10,548 nucleotides of DNA, taken from NCBI GenBank assembly GCA_042219045.1, contig JBDGQO010000019.1, positions 37,713 through 48,260 of the forward strand. Reading direction: 5' to 3'. The position numbers and the translations under genes are program-made. Position 1 is the first letter of the stretch. Each line of letters starts with the position of its first letter. The DNA is from Candidatus Bipolaricaulia bacterium. GTDB taxonomy: Bacteria > Bipolaricaulota > Bipolaricaulia > RBG-16-55-9. Under the pieces are notes generated by a model. The model was not told the DNA's origin. It saw only the letters and a program-made list of their open reading frames with translations, and made no database searches. This document shows positions 1 to 5,366 of the stretch, piece after piece.

Positions 1-243
1 TATTACGCCGCTGAGCTCTACGACCAAGGCGAAGACTGGACGACGGCGGTGTCGATGTGCAAGGCGTTTTGCGCCGAGGTCGCCAACGAAGTGGCCGACG
101 AGTGCCTGCAGATCCATGGCGGTGCCGGCTACATCGAGGAATACGACGTCCCGCGGCTGTACCGTGACCTGCGGCTCTGGAAGATCGGGGCTGGCACAAC
201 CGAGGTCATGAACGAGATCATCGCCAAGCGGATGGGCGTTTGA
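1..243 (+). CDS. Acyl-CoA dehydrogenase family protein, C-terminal part (5' truncated by the window)
   Basis: Frame 1 is open from base 1 (YYAAELYDQGEDWTTAVSMCKAF...). It contains the ACAD C-terminal signature LQIHGGAGYIEEYDVPRLYRDLRLWKIGAGTTEV and stops at TGA 241-243. Confidence 0.95.
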   Translation, partial: YYAAELYDQGEDWTTAVSMCKAFCAEVANEVADECLQIHGGAGYIEEYDVPRLYRDLRLWKIGAGTTEVMNEIIAKRMGV

Positions 244-260
244 TCGGGCGCAGTCTTCCC

Positions 261-317
261 CCGTCCCGATAGCGACGCCGAGTCCGCGTTCCGCGGTGAA
301 TGTCCGGTTCGGGACGG
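261..317. terminator. Possible bidirectional hairpin between convergent genes
   Basis: Perfect 9-bp inverted repeat CCGTCCCGA (261-269) / TCGGGACGG (309-317) in the 90-bp gap between convergent stop codons. It has a long loop and no U-tract. Confidence 0.3.
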
Positions 318-333
318 CTCTGCCGGAGCGCGG

Positions 334-1362
334 TCACAAGGGCGCCAAGGTGAACACGACGGGATAGAGCCCGCCGGAGCGAATGTTGCGCTCGGCCAGG
401 GGCGTCAGCTCGTTCATGGCAAACAGGGCGCGGCGCAGCGTGTCCGCCCGTGGCGTCAACAGAACGACGCGGCCGTTCCGCACGAGGACCTGGGCCGCGC
501 CATGGAGAAACCCTGAATACAGCCCCTTGAGATAGCTCGTCTTGCCCATGCGGATGCCGTAGGGCGGATTGGCCACGATCCGGTCCACGGAAGCGTTTAG
601 GTGTTGGGACAAGGCCCGGGCGTCGAGCTCGCGGAACGTGATCCGCTCCTGCACGCCTGCCGCCTCGGCATTCCGCCGAGCCCCCTCGAGGAACGACGAA
701 TCCACGTCGCCCGCGATGACGCGGACATCCGGCCAGGCTTGCGCCGCCTCGATGGCGATCGTCCCGCCGCCGCAGAACGGGTCCAGGAACGTTTCGCCCG
801 GTTGCAGCTTGGCCAAGCGCAACATCGCGTACGCCAATGGGGCTTTCGTGCCGGCAGGATGGTCGAAGGGCCGGTCGAAGCGCTGCCGGTGGAGCGACTC
901 GTAAGTCGACCGCACGCTCAGCTCGCAGCGGACACCAATGACGTCACAGTGGACGTCGACGTCGTAGTTCTCCAGGTCAACGGCGGTCCCGTAGCGGTCC
1001 ACGAGGGCTTGACCGACGACCTCCTGGAGGTCGATCGAGGTATAGGTATGCTCGCCCGAGCGCTGGCCGGTGACGCGGAAGGTGCGCGCCGTTGCCACCT
1101 CGGGGATGTCGATCGTCCGGACCGCGTCGCGAATCTCACGCAGGCCCGATTCGTCCGACGCGACGCGGAACCCGGTGAGAAACCGGGCAACGTGATACGG
1201 CGAGCGGAGCTGGGCGATCCGTGCCACCGGGACGTCCGTGTCGATGACCACGCGGCCGCGCATCCCCATCTGTTGGTCCTGGACGCGGGCACCGAGCTTT
1301 TCGGTCGCTTCCGCGGCGACGATGTCTTCGAGCCCAGGGTTGGTGGTCAGCAGCCACTCCAT
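334..1362 (-). CDS. trm14: THUMP-domain tRNA (guanine-N2)-methyltransferase, Trm14/TrmN (m2G6)-like
   Basis: N-terminal MEWLLTTNPGLEDIV, THUMP-like TFRVTGQRSGEH..TSIDL..VG, SLH.....PFDHPA..KAPLAYAM, SAM-binding LDPFCGGGTI and NPPYG catalytic motif. The layout matches Pyrococcus-type Trm14 as I recall it. ATG 1362 was chosen by homologue N-terminus; the ORF extends to ATG 1380. Confidence 0.85.
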   Translation of the reverse strand: MEWLLTTNPGLEDIVAAEATEKLGARVQDQQMGMRGRVVIDTDVPVARIAQLRSPYHVARFLTGFRVASDESGLREIRDAVRTIDIPEVATARTFRVTGQRSGEHTYTSIDLQEVVGQALVDRYGTAVDLENYDVDVHCDVIGVRCELSVRSTYESLHRQRFDRPFDHPAGTKAPLAYAMLRLAKLQPGETFLDPFCGGGTIAIEAAQAWPDVRVIAGDVDSSFLEGARRNAEAAGVQERITFRELDARALSQHLNASVDRIVANPPYGIRMGKTSYLKGLYSGFLHGAAQVLVRNGRVVLLTPRADTLRRALFAMNELTPLAERNIRSGGLYPVVFTLAPL

Positions 1363-1411
1363 GGGTCTATCGTAGGGCATGGTCCACCCATCGGCCAGGT
1401 CGTGCTCTTGC

Positions 1412-1440
1412 TTGAAAACCGCCGGATCGTCAGGGATGAT
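1412..1440 (+). promoter_or_regulatory. Possible sigma70-type promoter for the 1485 gene
   Basis: TTGAAA (1412-1417), 17 bp, GATGAT (1435-1440) in the divergent intergenic region. The -10 is a weak match. Confidence 0.3.
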
Positions 1441-1484
1441 GGAAGGGACCGCACTCTTGACCCCATCGACTGAGGTGACCCCCG

Positions 1485-1865
1485 ATGAAACTGGACGTGA
1501 TCTATCCGAAGGCGTATGCGGAAGAAGGCCAGGTCAACCTGTCCGCCGTCCCGCCGGAGCGCGAGATCGAGGAAAACGACGACCACCTTGCCGCAGAGAT
1601 CCAGCTGAGCAACGGGTCGTACTACGTCGGGCTCAACGGCGAGCACAAAATCGGCGTTTTCCCCGCCGAGCCGCGCATGACGGACGGCCACGTCTACGTG
1701 CGCCTCGACGTCGAGGGCAACACCGCGACCGTCCACAACTACGGCGGTACCCGACTGGGCGAACAGGACCTGGGCCCCGGCGAGTCAGTCTCGCTCAACC
1801 AGGGAGATACGCTCGGATTCCCGCACAAAGGCGAAACGGCCTGGTCCGTCCGTCGAGCGGAGTGA
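1485..1865 (+). CDS. Small acidic cytoplasmic protein with a degenerate FHA-like beta-sandwich
   Basis: SD GAGGTGA at 1472-1478, GC3-rich codons, 126 aa. The C-terminal VHNYGGTRLGEQDLGPGESVSLNQGDTLGF resembles the FHA pattern S.NGT.VNG..L......L..GD.I.(L/F). Confidence 0.75.
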   Translation: MKLDVIYPKAYAEEGQVNLSAVPPEREIEENDDHLAAEIQLSNGSYYVGLNGEHKIGVFPAEPRMTDGHVYVRLDVEGNTATVHNYGGTRLGEQDLGPGESVSLNQGDTLGFPHKGETAWSVRRAE

Positions 1866-1899
1866 CACAGAGCCACGGGAATCTCGCGCCAAGCAACGT

Positions 1900-1929
1900 T
1901 TGACGGGTCGGGCCAACGGATGCTATAAT
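1900..1929 (+). promoter_or_regulatory. Near-consensus sigma70 promoter with extended -10 and no obvious downstream sense CDS
   Basis: TTGACG (1900-1905), 18 bp, TATAAT (1924-1929), preceded by TG at 1921-1922. The -35 and spacing are the same as in the aspC promoter at 9402-9431. Confidence 0.65.
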
Positions 1930-1957
1930 ATACGCTGTAGCATTGCACGCCCGACCC
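1905..1957. repeat. Nested inverted repeat (hairpin or operator-like)
   Basis: Outer arms GGGTCGGGC (1905-1913) / GCCCGACCC (1949-1957). Inner arms ATGCTATA (1920-1927) / TGTAGCAT (1936-1943), with one G-T pair. Confidence 0.8.
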
Positions 1958-2060
1958 AGCTTCTCCCACATTCACAACTCAAATAAGCCGCTTCAAGCGC
2001 CCTTCTGCTCGATCCTCCGTTTCTCTTATCCGATGTTCTCAACCAACGACAACACGAGAC

Positions 2061-2528
2061 AGTTAAGATCGGAGCTGACGGAGCGCGTCCTCTGCGCGAT
2101 CCAACAGCGCCTCTCGTTCCTGGCGGAGACGCATGAGGCGCCGCTCGAACTTGCGGTGGACGGACTGGGGAATGTAGTCGGCAGGCAGCTTGGGCTCTTT
2201 GCCCCAGTAGACGGTGCGGACCCGACCGTCCCGGTCTCGGTACGAGGCGTAGGCGTAGGGGCCGTGCTTCTGGCCTTGATTGCAGCGACAGTTCGACTTG
2301 CCGCAGCGGACGTACTTGAAGTAGAGCTTCGCCTGCGGGGTCATCTCGCGCAGCTCCGACCGCGCTCGCTCGATCTCCGCGTCAAGCTCCGCCAGACGCG
2401 CGTCGAGTTCGTCGAGCGCGGCGAGGATAGCGCGCCGGATGGACGTCAGTTGGCTAGGTTTGGGATCGGTTGCCATGATTATCTTGGATAGCTATCGTGG
2501 TCTAATTCAACGCTTTGTTAGTTAAGAT
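2061..2528. repeat. 9-bp direct repeat AGTTAAGAT flanking the DUF6788-like gene
   Basis: AGTTAAGAT occurs at 2061-2069 (containing the gene's stop codon) and at 2520-2528 (upstream of the gene). Confidence 0.6.
2063..2476 (-). CDS. Coiled-coil protein with a central Cys/His putative Zn-binding motif (DUF6788-like), probably nucleic-acid binding
   Basis: 137 aa. Motif RCGKSNCRCNQGQKHGPYAYASYRDRDGRVRTVYWGK (C-x4-C-x-C-x5-H, HGPY) lies between heptad-rich helices LDELDARLAELDAEIERARSEL and RLMRLRQEREALLDRAEDALRQL. Confidence 0.8.
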   Translation of the reverse strand: MATDPKPSQLTSIRRAILAALDELDARLAELDAEIERARSELREMTPQAKLYFKYVRCGKSNCRCNQGQKHGPYAYASYRDRDGRVRTVYWGKEPKLPADYIPQSVHRKFERRLMRLRQEREALLDRAEDALRQLRS

Positions 2529-2552
2529 AGCGCACAGCACCTCGCTGAACAA
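2524..2552 (-). promoter_or_regulatory. Putative sigma70 promoter of the DUF6788-like gene
   Basis: On the minus strand: TTGTTC (2552-2547), 17 bp, TATCTT (2529-2524), in an AT-rich patch. A perfect palindrome GATAGCTATC lies at 2487-2496 in the predicted leader. Confidence 0.45.
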
Positions 2553-2793
2553 GCGGAAGGGTTCCACCATTGGCGGACCCGGCCGATGACCCGTGATCGC
2601 TAGCCCAAAGACTGCGGGCACAGCGCTCGCCGACCTGCCGGGAAAACCCTCATGACGAAGCCGAGCCGAAGATAACACATCAGGGCTTTGCTCCTTGTGC
2701 GCCTGAGGCGCGACCTTGCCTGATTCAGATCATACCATCTGCTATAGGGGCGCCGTAAGCTCGAAGGAAACCAGCGGCGGTGATTGCAAGCCG

Positions 2794-3246
2794 ATGACAG
2801 CAACCGAGTTGATCGTAAGCAGCTTGATCGGTGTCGGCCTCATCCTGTCGGGGTGGCTGAGCCTGCCCGCCTGTCTGGTCGATCAGGCGGTACCGTCGGG
2901 ACAGGGGGATGCGCATCGGGCAGCGTGCGAGAACGTCCGGAACGTTGACGGCAACGCGGCCGATCCGGCCAACGCGTTGTCCAGCCTGTGCCCGTTCTGT
3001 TCCCCCATCGCTCGAACCGAGGCGGACGCGCTCCACCGTCCCATCCAACAGCTGTCGAGCTTTCTGGCGCCTGTTGACACCTCTCTGATCACACCTCCAA
3101 GCGTCCTCCGCCCCCCTCCCTCTAGCGTGAATCGCTGTCATTCCGCGAGCTGCGTGCCAACGCCCATGGTGGCGAAACTCGAGGGCCACTTGAGGAGGAT
3201 GAACAGTGGGCAAGAAACAGAATCGGAAGGCGAATCGCAGCGATAG
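2794..3246 (+). CDS. Putative exported CxxC / Pro-rich leader protein (DUF2946/CruR/CutF-like architecture)
   Basis: SD-like GGCGGTGAT (2776-2784) 9 nt before ATG 2794. Hydrophobic N-terminus LIVSSLIGVGLILSGWLSL, CPFC (2989-3000), and TPPSVLRPPP (RPPP at 3109-3120). It lies directly upstream of dsbA and overlaps it. Codon usage is less GC3-biased than in neighbouring genes. Confidence 0.6.
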   Translation: MTATELIVSSLIGVGLILSGWLSLPACLVDQAVPSGQGDAHRAACENVRNVDGNAADPANALSSLCPFCSPIARTEADALHRPIQQLSSFLAPVDTSLITPPSVLRPPPSSVNRCHSASCVPTPMVAKLEGHLRRMNSGQETESEGESQR

Positions 3247-3952
3247 ACCATCGAACCCGAAACGGGATCGAGATCAACAGGTACAACGCTTGATCACCTA
3301 CGTCGGCATCGCTGCCGTGGCGTTGATCGCGGTCGTCGTCGCACTCTTCGCGCTAGACGACTTCGGCTCGGGCATCAGCGGCGAGATAACCCTCAGCACC
3401 GAGCGCCAACCGACCATGGGATCGGAGAACGCCGCCGTGGAGGTCGTGGAGTTTGCCGACTTTAAGTGCCCGGCCTGCGCCGTCTTTAAAACCGACATCC
3501 TTCCCCAACTCAAGGCCGACTACATCGACACGGGCCAGATCAGCTTCTCGTTCTTGAACTTTCCGCTGCCCCTCGGGGAAGATTCCTGGACCGCCGCGAT
3601 CGCGACGGAGTGCGTCTACCACCAAATGGGCAACGCGGCCTTCTGGGACTACTACGACGGGATCTTCGCCAACCAAGGCCCGGAACGTCAGGCCTGGGCG
3701 ACGCCCGATCTGTTGGTCCAATTGGCCCAGGACTACGTCGACAGGCCCGTCAACCCTGAGGAGCTGCGCCGTTGCATCGTCGACGAGGAATATCGGAACC
3801 AGGCCGAGCGCGATCGCCAGATGGGCGCCAACGCCGACATCCCCGGCACACCGTCGATCTTTGTCAATGGCCAGAGGCTGAGCGACGTCCGCTACGGCAC
3901 GATCGCGGACGCCATCGATCGGGCGCTGCGACGGGCGAATGCCGCGGATTGA
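3206..3952 (+). CDS. dsbA: Membrane-anchored DsbA-family (BdbD-like, thioredoxin-fold) thiol-disulfide oxidoreductase
   Basis: SD GAGGAGG (3192-3198) before GTG 3206. Basic N-terminus then a TM helix; PTMGSENAAVEVVEFADFKCPAC active site; cis-Pro loop GTPSIFVNG. Confidence 0.92.
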   Translation: MGKKQNRKANRSDRPSNPKRDRDQQVQRLITYVGIAAVALIAVVVALFALDDFGSGISGEITLSTERQPTMGSENAAVEVVEFADFKCPACAVFKTDILPQLKADYIDTGQISFSFLNFPLPLGEDSWTAAIATECVYHQMGNAAFWDYYDGIFANQGPERQAWATPDLLVQLAQDYVDRPVNPEELRRCIVDEEYRNQAERDRQMGANADIPGTPSIFVNGQRLSDVRYGTIADAIDRALRRANAAD

Positions 3953-4088
3953 CGATCGGGCTGGAAACGCCAATCGAGGGGAAGAGCCGCTATGGCCCAA
4001 CCGATCAGACCCGACAACGGGCACTAGCGGACGATAGTGACGGCCGTTCTGGCGAGGTATCGGCAAGGCGCGCTAGCATGGATCCATC

Positions 4089-5159
4089 ATGAGACGCCAA
4101 CGACGACTCGGCATCGGCCTGTTGTTGCTCCTCATCGGCCTGGTCGTGGTGAGCGGCCAGGCGATCCGGGTTGCGCCGGTCAGCTTCGAAGCGCAAGTCG
4201 CCCGCGACACCGAGAACAACACCACCTTCACCGTGCTCAACGACGAATCGGAGCCGGTCTCGGTTGAGATCGGGCTCTGCGACTGGCGCCGCGACGTCCG
4301 GGGCAACAACCGCTTCTGTGAGGACGCGGGCCAGGTGGCCCGCTCGGCCACGCCTTGGATCAGCGTCTCGCCCCAGGAGTTCAACCTGGGCGCCGAGGAG
4401 CGCAACGAGGTTCGCCTGACCATCGACGTGCCCTCGACGGGAGCGAACGGTGAGCCGCTGAAGGGCACCTACTGGTCCGCTGCCATGATCACGGCCTCGC
4501 CCCAGGCCGACGACGGCGGGGACGATGGCACCGAAATCACCATCAAGCGGCGCTTCGGCCTCAAGGTTCTCGCCCACATTCAGGGAACCGGAACCAAACG
4601 CGGCCAGGTGAGCAACTTGAGGCGGCACGGGCTCAATCCCCTCTGGTTCTCGCTCCAATTCCAGAATCGCGGCACGCTCAACCTCGGCGACGTCTCCGGC
4701 CGCCTCGAGGTCCGCAACGATCAAGGCGAGACGATCGAGCAGATCGCCGTCGACTCGTTTCCCATTCTGCCCGGGGCGACGCGCCGACTCCGTGTGCAGA
4801 GCAAACGATCAGTCGGGAACCGCCTGGCGCCGGGCCGCTACGTCGCATTGGCGATTTTGGACTTTGGCGGCGACAATCCCGTGGGGGCCCAGGCTGTCTT
4901 CGACGTCCCCGAAATCGATCTCGCGCCGCTGGGGGACGCGGAGAACCCGCCCCAGGACTTGAACGACGATGGGTTCTACGAGGACGTGGACGGCAACGGG
5001 AAACTGACGACGGACGATCCCGCGCTGCTCGGCTTCGCCGTGGAGTCGGACGCCGTGCAGACGAACTGGCCCGCGTTCGACTTCAACAACGACGGCGAAG
5101 CGACGTTCGACGACGTCATCGCGCTCAAGCAAAGCCTCAACAAGGACAACGACGGCTAA
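4089..5159 (+). CDS. Secreted protein with two Ig-like (pilus-chaperone-like) domains and a C-terminal dockerin/EF-hand-like domain
   Basis: Sec signal MRRQRRLGIGLLLLLIGLVVVSGQA. Beta-rich motifs IRVAP..FE, FTVLND, WISVSPQEFNL....EVRLTI.VP, GTYWSA, FQNRGT, LAPGRY.A.AILDFG. Paired Ca-binding-type repeats PQDLNDDGFYEDVDGNG and AFDFNNDGEATFDDVIAL. Confidence 0.8.
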   Translation: MRRQRRLGIGLLLLLIGLVVVSGQAIRVAPVSFEAQVARDTENNTTFTVLNDESEPVSVEIGLCDWRRDVRGNNRFCEDAGQVARSATPWISVSPQEFNLGAEERNEVRLTIDVPSTGANGEPLKGTYWSAAMITASPQADDGGDDGTEITIKRRFGLKVLAHIQGTGTKRGQVSNLRRHGLNPLWFSLQFQNRGTLNLGDVSGRLEVRNDQGETIEQIAVDSFPILPGATRRLRVQSKRSVGNRLAPGRYVALAILDFGGDNPVGAQAVFDVPEIDLAPLGDAENPPQDLNDDGFYEDVDGNGKLTTDDPALLGFAVESDAVQTNWPAFDFNNDGEATFDDVIALKQSLNKDNDG

Positions 5160-5366
5160 GCTCGCGAGCGGCTCCATCATTCGGACTCGAGGGGCCGAAC
5201 GCCTCGCACGCACGGATCCAGCATGATATCCTGACGTTACAAGCTGAGGCGCTTCATGGAGTGGCCCAGTCACGGCGAGGCTGGGTCACTCGGCGTCTCT
5301 CCAAGCGCGGAAACCGTTTGTTTGTCGGCTCGGCCCGACCCCTCGACGCTAGGAGCGAACCGGCCC

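Noticed and set aside
601..1473. Long alternative ORFs over the methyltransferase (569-904, 601-1473, 918-1292) and ORF 1379-1903 over the FHA-like gene
   Set aside because: These are shadow ORFs typical of high-GC DNA. They overlap a better-supported gene and give Arg/Pro/Ala-rich or motif-free translations.
1943..2491. 182-aa + strand ORF downstream of the orphan promoter
   Set aside because: It is mostly the antisense shadow of the motif-bearing 2063-2476 gene. It has no SD at either TTG 1943 or ATG 2033 and no recognisable protein features.
2559..2570. GGTTCCACCA resembling a tRNA 3' end or att site
   Set aside because: There is no T-loop GTTCRA motif with correct spacing and no cloverleaf upstream.
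2716..2793. Extension of the leader ORF to TTG 2716
   Set aside because: There is no SD at 2716, while a good SD-like sequence precedes ATG 2794, which places the hydrophobic segment at the N-terminus.
5160..5169. Palindrome GCTCGCGAGC after the 5159 stop as a terminator
   Set aside because: It has no loop or U-tract, and such palindromes are expected by chance in GC-rich DNA.
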